Positions 37,396 to 46,035 of a stretch of 64,000 nucleotides of DNA are shown here, one piece after another. The stretch lies in contig JASUTE010000004.1 in NCBI GenBank assembly GCA_030445745.1, positions 88,173-152,172 of the forward strand, read 5' to 3'. Numbering within the stretch: position 1 is the first letter of the stretch; each line of letters starts with the position of its first letter. This stretch comes from Candidatus Cloacimonadota bacterium (lineage in GTDB: Bacteria > Cloacimonadota > Cloacimonadia > Cloacimonadales > TCS61). The translations under genes and the position numbers were made by a program. The notes below the pieces were generated by a model. The model was not told the DNA's origin. It did no database searches and worked only from the letters and a program-made list of their open reading frames with translations.

Positions 37396-38038
37396 ATGAA
37401 ACCTGCATTCCTTTTTTTTGTAAATCTGGTTTTACAGAAAGATTGTTCAGCTTTTCTTTCACATAATTACTGGTAACCATAGCATCGATGGTGGAAACGA
37501 TTCGATTTAGAATAGCTGCTGCAATGGCAAAATTGGCATATATTTCCAAATCTTGTTTTTCGCGCCGCAAATCTTTATATTTTTGCCAATCTTGCGTATT
37601 TTCCCAGTTCCAATTATTTTCTTCAGGTAGCAAATTATTGTTCAAGTAAGTTTCGTAAGCATCCTTATCTTCCAAACCTATCAAAAAATAATTACGTGCA
37701 GTTTGGATGACATCGTTGTTATAATCTTCTAAACTCATATAATCTTGAGCTTTTTGGTAGATAAAATCAGGGCTGTCGGAGTTTAGACCGGCATTATTTT
37801 GGGCAAATTGCTGGTAGGTGTTTATTTTCCAGTTTTTCTCAGCATCTAAGCGCAGATAGGAAAGAATGATAGCTAGTTCTGCACCTAAATAGATGCCACC
37901 TTTGTTGTAGTCTTTTAAATAAAGATGACCACTTCCAGGCACTGCCAGCGAAAATAAAGCTGCTTTGCCAGTGGAAACCTGTGCCAAGGATACAGAACAT
38001 AAACTTAGTAGAATTAAGATAATAAGAAATTTACGCAT
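37379..38038 (-). CDS. envelope protein, paralog 2 of the tandem triplet
   Basis: Signal peptide, AVPGSGHLYLKDYNKGG...AELAIILSYL, WNWENTQDWQKY, LNRIVSTIDAMV, and a C-terminal ...QVSYEINF. Confidence 0.5.
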   Translation of the reverse strand: MRKFLIILILLSLCSVSLAQVSTGKAALFSLAVPGSGHLYLKDYNKGGIYLGAELAIILSYLRLDAEKNWKINTYQQFAQNNAGLNSDSPDFIYQKAQDYMSLEDYNNDVIQTARNYFLIGLEDKDAYETYLNNNLLPEENNWNWENTQDWQKYKDLRREKQDLEIYANFAIAAAILNRIVSTIDAMVTSNYVKEKLNNLSVKPDLQKKGMQVSYEINF

Positions 38039-38041
38039 AGA

Positions 38042-38914
38042 TTAGAACCCTTTAGAAAAAACTAACCCGAGAGAAACTTGGTTGTCTACAAACATAGGTG
38101 ATATCTTCATTTTAAGATTATTTTGTGAAATAGCTTCAAAATTATATTGTTTAGTAACGCGCAGGGCATCGAAAGCACTAATAATATGGTTGAAAACTAT
38201 GCCAAAGCTCATCAAATCGGCTTTGTCGTAATAATCTTCTGCTTCTCTTCTCATATCGATATATTCAGCTCGCATTTCACTGTAGATACCGTTATGATTA
38301 TCGTAGATTTGTTCTTTGCCTACATAATATTGCGAGTTAGGATTTATCGGTTGATTACCTGCCCACTTCTTATAATTAGCACTTTCATCTTCCCAGATCC
38401 AAGTGGCATTTGTCCAAAAACCCTGGGGGTTGGTGCAGTAGATATCGAACCAATCTTGCCAGCCGAAGATATATTTGTTGTATTTCCCAATATCTTCGTA
38501 AAAATGTTGTGAATTTTCATCATCCAGTCTGAAATGATTTTCATAGAAGGGATTATTATTGCTGGCTATAATTAAGTCTTCTTCAGCATGATGTTGACGG
38601 TCTCTATCGTAATAATTATCTGCATAGTCTTGATATGAAGCTTCTTTATCTTCGCCTTCCTGCTGGAAATGATACATTCCATACCATAACCCAATTTCGA
38701 TAAGAGGAAAGATGTAAGTGGTAATGCTTTTGTAGTTGGCATAAGCCTGACCAGTGCCAGGAAAGATAGAACTCATAATCATAGCTTTAGCTGCCGATTT
38801 GGGTTCATATTTAACTTCTATAATATCGTTTATTATCTCTTCATCTTCGTTGTCTTGAGCCACTAGTGGCAACATGAGAGCTGTTACAACCAAAATAACA
38901 AGTAATTTTTTCAT
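38042..38914 (-). CDS. envelope protein, paralog 1 of the tandem triplet (longer Trp/Tyr/Asp-rich insert)
   Basis: Signal peptide, IFPGTGQAYANYKS...IEIGLWYGMY, WIWEDESANYKKW, FNHIISAFDALR, and a C-terminal ...LGLVFSKGF. Confidence 0.5.
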   Translation of the reverse strand: MKKLLVILVVTALMLPLVAQDNEDEEIINDIIEVKYEPKSAAKAMIMSSIFPGTGQAYANYKSITTYIFPLIEIGLWYGMYHFQQEGEDKEASYQDYADNYYDRDRQHHAEEDLIIASNNNPFYENHFRLDDENSQHFYEDIGKYNKYIFGWQDWFDIYCTNPQGFWTNATWIWEDESANYKKWAGNQPINPNSQYYVGKEQIYDNHNGIYSEMRAEYIDMRREAEDYYDKADLMSFGIVFNHIISAFDALRVTKQYNFEAISQNNLKMKISPMFVDNQVSLGLVFSKGF

Positions 38915-38923
38915 AATAAACTC

Positions 38924-41900
38924 CTATTTTATTATGGCTATGGGAACTTTTTGAGTTTCTCCCCGAGAACTGATAACTGCAAAATATACACCCGAGCTGA
39001 ATTTGTCAGTAGAAAACCAGATATCTTTAGAATTCCCATCATTTTTTTCTATATTATCCGAATAAATTTTATGGCCAGCTATGTCAAATATCTTAATTTT
39101 TATATCCGCTTTCGCATTTTTCACTTTTATTCTAAATTCACCTTTTTTAGCTGGATTGGGGAAAGCAAAAGCTGCTAAATTTTCAGTCTCGGATATTGGC
39201 ATATCAATAAAAGCTTCATATAAACCACTGTAGTTATTACGGTAACCTTGCCAAACCAAGGGGTTTACCTGGACGGAATCTTTTCGAGAAGCAAAAAGAT
39301 TATGATTACTATCTTGGTGAAAATAGAAAAGATTTTTCTGAGAACCTTGCCAGAAATAACTGTGTTTATTTGTAAATTCGGAATTGGAAATACTGAATTC
39401 TGGATGCTGATTGCCCAGGTTGTCTATAGCTATACTAGCATCATTGTCGGTACTTAGTACTATCATTGTAGCTTGAGCGAAATTTATAATCTCTGGAAAA
39501 CTGTTAGCAAGTATGTTTTTATTTTCCACATAAGCCGGAAATCCTTCCAATAGTGTACCATCAAGAGTTAGAGCAAAAACTCTGTCCCTTATTCCAAAAG
39601 TGATGTAAACCTGATTTTCGTCTGTCAATTTGCCTAAAGCCAATTGTGAAGCTTCATTGCCCCAGTTTTCTGCTGTAAATATTCTTTCATAATCATTACC
39701 AGATAATTTGTAGATATTCGCTTGCTCATCTTGGATGAAAACAGCAGAATTAGCTGCATTTAAGGTATCATTGTAGCAAACTGGTTCGTAATTGGCAGTA
39801 GAGTGTGGCAGATTGATCTGATGAGTAATTTGTCTATTTTCTATGTCTATGAAATTCACCACATTATCGGTAACAGCGATCAACTGGGAATTGTTGTACG
39901 CCAGTTTTGCCGCTGGTAAATCGAACTGGCTCTCTCCTATATATAGTATTTCCGCAGTAGCCACTACTTTCTGTGAGATTTCGGGAAGATAGAGAGGAGG
40001 TGAAGTTATTTCAGTTGGATACTCATTTTCGGAAATATATTCGTCAGAAACAATAGTAAGTTTATTGTTTGCTACTAAATAAAATTCATTATTAGGAGAT
40101 TTTCTGCCAACTGTAATTGGTTGAGTCAACTCACCAGTATATTCTTCTTCCCACTGTAAATGATTAGCTACAGTATTATTTATGATGGAAAAGAGCTCTA
40201 CTTTATTATCTTCCACAACTGGGAAGGTAGGAAAATCATAAATATTACCAACTGGACCGATAGCTTGCAGAAAATCGTATTCAGCTATTTTACTAGTATT
40301 TTGGAAGTACTGCGTACCCAGTTTGAAGCTGATTGTTCGAGTTTGATCGGCCTGCAGGCTGCAGCTACCAATATCGTACACACGGTAGATGGAGTTTTGA
40401 CCGGAATTAAGCTGCAGTGCCGGTTCACTAGTTGACGAAAGCTCGTCGTTAAAAGTAGGAAGTGTTTGCCCAGCAGCATAATTTATGTCCCAATTCAAAA
40501 AATAACCATCACTGCTGAGTTCAGGAAGATATCTGTGGTAGGGCTCATAAGCTGTGCCCCGCCAATATTGAGAATAAGCATTACCAATATCCGGCAGGTT
40601 GTCTGCTTCTATTATTTTTACAGCACGATTGGAATGACTGGTATTTACACTATTGTTGGCAAAGTTATTATTCTCGTACAAAATCTTCTGATCGATATGC
40701 CAAACTACTATGCCACCACCTACAGCCTCTCCGGTGCTCTTTTGCCAGCCGGGTAAAAGATAGTCATATTCATATGTGGGCTGGTCATAAGGATCATCAA
40801 AACGGCAAGGATAAAGAGCAACTCTGTTACCGGAAGTGGTTACAACCGATGTTCCGCCATCACCATCTGAATCTACTTGCCGATTTTCCAAAAGAAGATA
40901 TTCTTCATTTCCCAATGGGATCTTTACAAAATATGGGTTTTCGCAGTTTTCTGTAAGTTTTTTTTCAACTGGTTCTAAAATGATCTCTTCGTCAAAAGTT
41001 AAATCAGAGGCATTTTTATAGATTCTTTCTTGTTGGAATTCATTTTCCCACACCAGTAACCGAGTCCAAACACTGGGTAAAGTAGGCAGGACGCCTTCTA
41101 TATAAAATAGTTTATCATCTTGTCCGTCGCCATCGGTATCTTGCACAACACCAGAAAGCCCAGCTCCGCCACTATCCATAATATCCCAATAACCTACTTC
41201 TGGTCTATGATTGTAAGTATTGTATAGATCTACAAAGCCCAAAGAATGACCAAATTCATGAGCCATAACTGCATTAATAACTCCATAATTGTAAACAATA
41301 GGCATTGAATTAGTTTCGTATTGTTCTATATCTTGCGTTATTGTTTCAGGTACATTACAAGCATAGTCTATCATCACAGTACCATCATCTACGTAAACTT
41401 CTTTTCCGTCTCCCATGGTAATAAAGAAAGATGGCATGTCATTGGGTGAATTACCCAAAACATCATGCTGCCAGTCCGAACCAGCGTGAATTAGCATAAA
41501 ATGATCGTATTGGGAAAAATCTATCTGAGGCGAGGTTTGATCGGCGATATGGAAACAATCGGCAAAGTATTCCTCGAATCTACTAACCATTAGTTGTTGA
41601 TCAGATGTACCTGGTGAATAATAGGACAATTTATGGGGTAAGGTATAGGCATTAAATTCACCAGATTTAGAAACTGGAAAGATATCGTAGTTCAAATTAA
41701 AATTACCAAAACTGACAGCTTTGTAATAATATCGCAGACTAGTTAGTTGATCGCTAAAAAACTGATAGTTATGAGGAGGTTTTCCCAAACTGGGTTGGTA
41801 TCCCGTGGTATCTTGCACAAATTGACCATTGCCAGTGGTAGTGCTGGTTGTATCTGGTTGAAATTGAACTAAAAGCACAAGAAGATTTTCAAAGTTCCTA

Positions 41901-42067
41901 GATTTTGCTAAGATCTCTCTTTTACCAACACCAGAAAATTCTGTTTCCAGTGGATGCACATTTTTTTCCTCTATTTGAGGATATGATATTTTTTGCAGCT
42001 TCATTTTCTCAGCTATTGCTAACTGAGAAAACAGCAGCAGACAAAATATTAAGCTGAAACGCTTCAT
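38924..42067 (-). CDS. M6 (immune inhibitor A-like) family metalloprotease with a T9SS-type C-terminal sorting domain
   Basis: 1047 aa with a signal peptide and the zinc motif VMAHEFGHSLGFVDLY. The C-terminal ~80 aa (AFAFPNPAKKGEF...SGVYFAVISSRGETQKVPIAIIK) fit the por_secre_tail pattern. TAATG overlap with the upstream gene. Confidence 0.8.
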   Translation of the reverse strand: MKRFSLIFCLLLFSQLAIAEKMKLQKISYPQIEEKNVHPLETEFSGVGKREILAKSRNFENLLVLLVQFQPDTTSTTTGNGQFVQDTTGYQPSLGKPPHNYQFFSDQLTSLRYYYKAVSFGNFNLNYDIFPVSKSGEFNAYTLPHKLSYYSPGTSDQQLMVSRFEEYFADCFHIADQTSPQIDFSQYDHFMLIHAGSDWQHDVLGNSPNDMPSFFITMGDGKEVYVDDGTVMIDYACNVPETITQDIEQYETNSMPIVYNYGVINAVMAHEFGHSLGFVDLYNTYNHRPEVGYWDIMDSGGAGLSGVVQDTDGDGQDDKLFYIEGVLPTLPSVWTRLLVWENEFQQERIYKNASDLTFDEEIILEPVEKKLTENCENPYFVKIPLGNEEYLLLENRQVDSDGDGGTSVVTTSGNRVALYPCRFDDPYDQPTYEYDYLLPGWQKSTGEAVGGGIVVWHIDQKILYENNNFANNSVNTSHSNRAVKIIEADNLPDIGNAYSQYWRGTAYEPYHRYLPELSSDGYFLNWDINYAAGQTLPTFNDELSSTSEPALQLNSGQNSIYRVYDIGSCSLQADQTRTISFKLGTQYFQNTSKIAEYDFLQAIGPVGNIYDFPTFPVVEDNKVELFSIINNTVANHLQWEEEYTGELTQPITVGRKSPNNEFYLVANNKLTIVSDEYISENEYPTEITSPPLYLPEISQKVVATAEILYIGESQFDLPAAKLAYNNSQLIAVTDNVVNFIDIENRQITHQINLPHSTANYEPVCYNDTLNAANSAVFIQDEQANIYKLSGNDYERIFTAENWGNEASQLALGKLTDENQVYITFGIRDRVFALTLDGTLLEGFPAYVENKNILANSFPEIINFAQATMIVLSTDNDASIAIDNLGNQHPEFSISNSEFTNKHSYFWQGSQKNLFYFHQDSNHNLFASRKDSVQVNPLVWQGYRNNYSGLYEAFIDMPISETENLAAFAFPNPAKKGEFRIKVKNAKADIKIKIFDIAGHKIYSDNIEKNDGNSKDIWFSTDKFSSGVYFAVISSRGETQKVPIAIIK

Positions 42068-43116
42068 TAAAATTCTAATTTAGCAGAGAAAGTTTTGTTA
42101 TAGTCTGTCATTTCACCAGCCGGCTGCATGGCAAAGTCAATTGATAACTTGTATTTTCCCGAAAATGCATAATGAATACCGCCACCAAAAGAGAAGCCGT
42201 CGATAGCACCAGCCTCATCGTAGATGTAACCTGTTCTTAAGGAAAGAAGATCCAAATATACATATTCTGCACCACAGTTGTAGATAGGAGCATCACCGCC
42301 CCAAGCTGTAAATAGTCTCTGGTAAAAAGCATCATCATTATCGGTTGCTAGCACTTTATTAAAATCGGCATTAATGGTGAATTTGTTCATCTGTGTCTCT
42401 AGAACTCGGTAGGAAATTCCCATTCTCCAGTTCATAGGCAATTGGTCCGATTGAGATTCATTGATATAGGTGATGTTTGGGCCCACATTTTGCAAGTTCA
42501 AGCCAGCATCAAGTCCTCTGAGGAAAAGGTCTTTTCTTTTTACACCAAAGTCGAAAGCATAACTCATTCCACGTCCTTTTACCCCAGATTCTGTTTCTCC
42601 TTGTCCTTCTGGTGCAAGGTCACTGTAGATGAATTTAAAAGTAATACCCAAGCCTGTTTTGGGATTTAACTGATAGCCATAGCTAATAGCAGGGGCGGCT
42701 TCCCAACTGCTAAAAGTGCCTTGGTAATTTCCTTCGGAATCGTATTCTTCCTGTTCGCCGTAGGTCATAAAGATCATATTAAAACCTATATTTCCAATAT
42801 TTTCATAATATTTGTTCCACCCGATATATTCATAATACATATCGTTGATATCGGAAACATCACCCAGCCAGTTTGTATGCATCCAGGCAAATTGATTTTT
42901 TCTGTTAAAAGCCATAGCCCCTGGATTCCAATAACCAGCATAAGCATCATCTACTTGTGCCACGTAAGCAGAACCCATAGCTCCAGCACGGGAACTTGGT
43001 TCTATAAGTAAAAAGATAACGGCAGATTGAGATACAGCAGTGGCTGTAGCGGGGATAAGTAATGACAAGATCATTGCGATCAGTATCCATTTAGATTTCA
43101 TAAAATTCCTCCACAA
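42067..43116 (-). CDS. PorV/PorQ-like outer-membrane beta-barrel protein
   Basis: Signal peptide present. The N-terminal motif FLLIEPSSRAGAMGSAYVAQVDDAYAGYWNPGAMAF matches the PorV/PorQ (UPF0164-like) signature. The C-terminal ...FSAKLEF is an OMP beta-signal. Confidence 0.7.
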   Translation of the reverse strand: MWRNFMKSKWILIAMILSLLIPATATAVSQSAVIFLLIEPSSRAGAMGSAYVAQVDDAYAGYWNPGAMAFNRKNQFAWMHTNWLGDVSDINDMYYEYIGWNKYYENIGNIGFNMIFMTYGEQEEYDSEGNYQGTFSSWEAAPAISYGYQLNPKTGLGITFKFIYSDLAPEGQGETESGVKGRGMSYAFDFGVKRKDLFLRGLDAGLNLQNVGPNITYINESQSDQLPMNWRMGISYRVLETQMNKFTINADFNKVLATDNDDAFYQRLFTAWGGDAPIYNCGAEYVYLDLLSLRTGYIYDEAGAIDGFSFGGGIHYAFSGKYKLSIDFAMQPAGEMTDYNKTFSAKLEF

Positions 43117-43199
43117 TTATTTCTATAGGATGAAGTTATAAAAGATTGTCAAACTAACAACTCGGTATATCTGCCTCCATACTTTATTTTCAAATTTTA

Positions 43200-43287
43200 T
43201 GGTGCCGAAGGCCGGACTCGAACCGGCAAGAGCTAAAAGCTCGGTGGATTTTGAGTCCACTGCGTCTACCAATTTCACCACTTCGGC
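43200..43287 (-). tRNA. tRNA-Leu (anticodon CAA), class II with long variable arm, CCA encoded
   Basis: The minus strand reads GCCGAAGTGGTGAAATTGGTAGACGCAGTGGACTCAAAATCCACCGAGCTTTTAGCTCTTGCCGGTTCGAGTCCGGCCTTCGGCACCA. The acceptor stem is 7 bp (GCCGAAG/CTTCGGC), the anticodon loop is CTCAAAA, the T-loop is GGTTCGAGTCC, and the total is 88 nt. Confidence 0.9.
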
Positions 43288-43296
43288 ACATTGGCT

Positions 43297-43327
43297 GTTA
43301 TAAAAAAAACAACCTATCATGTGTCAA
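43297..43327 (-). promoter_or_regulatory. candidate sigma70-type promoter for tRNA-Leu
   Basis: The minus strand has TTGACA (43327-43322), then an 18-19 nt spacer, then TTATAAC, ending about 10 nt before the tRNA 5' end. Confidence 0.35.
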
Positions 43328-43879
43328 GTAAAAATGATTTCCATGCATACCCCGAAATATTTTCATTAGAATGATGGACCGGAGGTGCATCCTAAGTTCA
43401 TACTTGGTAATCCTAACTAATTTTCTATACAACCTTACGTAATTATAACATATCTAACAACTAGAGCGAGGTTATAGTAGATAAATTTTCCCTGCAAATT
43501 TTTAATCATATTTTTTCTGTGAACCGCATAGAAATGCTCCTTTTATTATTTTTTTTATTAGAATTAATATGATAGAGCATTTCTTTGCAGCTATTTTTTA
43601 ATGATTTTCATTAAGACTATCCATTTTTTTCAATAGATTACCTTATCATAAATCTGCTTTTTTAGAGTAAGGGTAATAAAACTAGAATATTTATCAAGTT
43701 AGTCATCAAGTTAGTCATCTTGATTTGCAGATAGACTTATGAGCTAACTGGCATATCCTGGTTATTTTCTATTTTATCTAATCCAATTCGAGGTTTTCAG
43801 CAGGCGAAGTTAGCCGAGGTATAAAAAAATCATAGACATATAGAAATTAATTTCAACTTTTGTGTTACAGGAGGGTAAG

Positions 43880-44347
43880 GTGAATAAATTTCCCATTTAT
43901 CTATTAATTTTGCTAATTTTAGCTGGTTGCAGTTCTACAGCTAAGTATAAAACCAACAGCAACAGATACAGCGGTTACACCAGAGGTTATGGCAATACAG
44001 TTACTAAAACAACGACGACAAACCAGCAGAAATTCCACCAAGGAGAAGTATTATATCTCGTTACTTCCTATTATGGTAAAAAATTCCATGGACACCCGAC
44101 CTCCAATGGTGAAGTTTTCGATATGAATAAATTCACCTGCGCCCACAAGGAATTGCCTTTTAACACCAAATTGCGGGTAACCAATGAAGCCAATATGAAA
44201 TCAGTGGTGGTACGTGTAAACGACCGTGGCCCTTTCATACCTGGTCGCGATTTAGATATTTCCTATGCAGCAGCCCAAAAAATTGGCCTTACAGCTAGCG
44301 GAGTGAAAAAATTGAAAGTAGAAATTTTGGAGTATCCCAATGAATAA
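43880..44347 (+). CDS. rlpA: RlpA-family lipoprotein (DPBB domain, septal ring lytic transglycosylase-like)
   Basis: I prefer the GTG start at 43880, after an AGGAGGG RBS; the track start at 43862 is also possible. Lipobox LILAGC. DPBB motif SYYG..FHG..T.NGE.FD......AH..LPF.T.LRVTN..N...VVVRVNDRGPF. Confidence 0.8.
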   Translation: MNKFPIYLLILLILAGCSSTAKYKTNSNRYSGYTRGYGNTVTKTTTTNQQKFHQGEVLYLVTSYYGKKFHGHPTSNGEVFDMNKFTCAHKELPFNTKLRVTNEANMKSVVVRVNDRGPFIPGRDLDISYAAAQKIGLTASGVKKLKVEILEYPNE

Positions 44348-45242
44348 AATAGTTGAACTAAGCGAAAAAGTGAAGACAGCTTTCCAAACTGGTAAGCCGA
44401 TAATAGCATTGGAATCTACCATCATCTCGCATGGTATGCCCTATCCCGAAAATTTGCAGGTAGCCCAAGCTTTGGAAAATATCGCTGAAGAAGCTGGCGT
44501 AACTCCAGCTACGATCTGCCTGATGAATGGCAAGATCAAGATAGGTTTGAACGATTCTGAGCTGGAGCAGTTGGCTACTGCTTCCCAGGTGGAAAAGGTA
44601 AGCAGGCGCGAAATTGGTAAGGTGCTGGTACAAAGCAAAACAGGCGCAACCACGGTGGCTGCCACCATGTTCTGTGCTAACCTGGTTAATATAAAAGTCT
44701 TTGCTACCGGTGGTACAGGCGGTGTGCATCAAGGTGCTGCAACTAGCTTCGATATCTCGGCCGATCTGCAAGAATTTGCTTCCACTCCGGTTATAGTTGT
44801 TTCTGCTGGTGTAAAAGCTATTTTAGATATTCCTAAAACCCTGGAAATGCTGGAAACTTTGCGTGTGCCCGTGCTAGGCTATAAAACCAGTTCTTTCCCA
44901 GCTTTTTACTCTAACAATTCTCCTTGGCAGGTAGAGAAAATAGACTCAGCTGCCCAAATAGCCGAAATATATAAATTGGAACACCGTTTGGGTCTTAAAA
45001 ATGGAATGCTGATTGCCAACCCCATACCTGCTAAAGATGAGATCCCATTTTCTAAGATGGAAAAAATAATAGCTGCCGCCTTGAAAGCAGCAAAAAAGCA
45101 AAAAATAACCGGTCAGGCAGTTACACCATTCCTATTAAAAAAGATAGTGGAACTAACGAAAGGCCGCTCGCTGCAGGCGAACATCGCTTTAGTGAAAAAC
45201 AATGTGCGTCTAGCTTGCCAAATAGCTAAAGAGCTGGCCTGA
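44340..45242 (+). CDS. psuG: pseudouridine-5'-phosphate glycosidase
   Basis: 300 aa with IALESTIISHGMPYP, the VSRREIG...GATTVAATM pattern and FATGGTGGVH. No psuK is adjacent. Confidence 0.9.
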   Translation: MNKIVELSEKVKTAFQTGKPIIALESTIISHGMPYPENLQVAQALENIAEEAGVTPATICLMNGKIKIGLNDSELEQLATASQVEKVSRREIGKVLVQSKTGATTVAATMFCANLVNIKVFATGGTGGVHQGAATSFDISADLQEFASTPVIVVSAGVKAILDIPKTLEMLETLRVPVLGYKTSSFPAFYSNNSPWQVEKIDSAAQIAEIYKLEHRLGLKNGMLIANPIPAKDEIPFSKMEKIIAAALKAAKKQKITGQAVTPFLLKKIVELTKGRSLQANIALVKNNVRLACQIAKELA

Positions 45243-45243
45243 C

Positions 45244-46035
45244 CTATTTCCAGGCTGAACGTAATTGGTCGATTGGTTTTAGAATTTCTCGCAAAAGCTC
45301 CAAAGTTACCGTCTGTCGGCTATCGCACACAGTTTCATCGGGACAGAAATGAGTTTCAATCATAAGACCATTGGCACCCGCAGCCACAGCTGCCCAGCTT
45401 AAAGATTTTATCATCTCGCGTCTGCCCGAACTATGCGAAGGATCAACTATTATAGGCAATTTACTCAGCTGTTTCACTGCGCAAACAGCAGAAATATCCA
45501 AGGTATTACGGGTATAGTTCTCGAAAGTTCTGATGCCGCGTTCACACAAAATTACTCTAGGATTTCCTGCTTGAATTATGTGTTCAGCAGCCAGCAACCA
45601 CTCTTCTATAGTACTGCTCATACCTCGTTTTAACAAAATCGGATTTTTTACCTCTCCTAAAGCAGAAAGCAACCTAAAGTTGTACATATTACGGGTTCCA
45701 ACCTGCAAAATATCCACATAATCTTGCATCAAAGGGAGGTCTTCTTTGGAAACTATCTCCGAAACAGAGATCATACCGGTTTCCAAGCTCACTTTTTTAA
45801 TATATTCCAAGCCTTTTTTGCCCAGCCCTTGAAAACTATAAGGCGAGGTGCGCATCTTGTAGGCTCCACCACGAAATAAGTTAATGCCCATACTTTGCAA
45901 TTGAAGTGCTATTTCTTTTAAATCCTGGTAATTTTCTATGGTACAAGGTCCGGCAATTACATTGAAACTATCCTGAGAAAATTCCACACCTTTAAAGGTA
46001 AATCCGCCTATTTCTTCATATTTAAAACTACTCAT
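45244..46035 (-). CDS. 3-deoxy-7-phosphoheptulonate (DAHP) synthase, type I-beta, no regulatory domain
   Basis: VIAGPCTIEN, RGGAYKMRTSPYSFQGLG, ILQVGTRNMYNF, LLKRG, ILCERGIRTFE, IVDPSH. Confidence 0.85.
   Translation of the reverse strand: MSSFKYEEIGGFTFKGVEFSQDSFNVIAGPCTIENYQDLKEIALQLQSMGINLFRGGAYKMRTSPYSFQGLGKKGLEYIKKVSLETGMISVSEIVSKEDLPLMQDYVDILQVGTRNMYNFRLLSALGEVKNPILLKRGMSSTIEEWLLAAEHIIQAGNPRVILCERGIRTFENYTRNTLDISAVCAVKQLSKLPIIVDPSHSSGRREMIKSLSWAAVAAGANGLMIETHFCPDETVCDSRQTVTLELLREILKPIDQLRSAWK

Noticed and set aside
43123-43320. A 65-aa ORF on the minus strand.
   Set aside because: It is superimposed on the tRNA-Leu(CAA) gene (43200-43287) and its promoter. The open frame is a by-product of the tRNA sequence.
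43693-43719. The 12-bp tandem repeat ATCAAGTTAGTC x2.25, considered as a CRISPR or minisatellite candidate.
   Set aside because: There are only two adjacent copies with no spacers, so it is far too short for a CRISPR array. No other repeat-spacer structure was seen anywhere in the window.
45231-45256. A short inverted repeat (GCCTG...CAGGC) between the convergent psuG and DAHP synthase genes, considered as a bidirectional terminator.
   Set aside because: The stem is only 5 bp with a 9-nt loop and no flanking T/A runs, and it overlaps both stop codons. The evidence is too weak to call.
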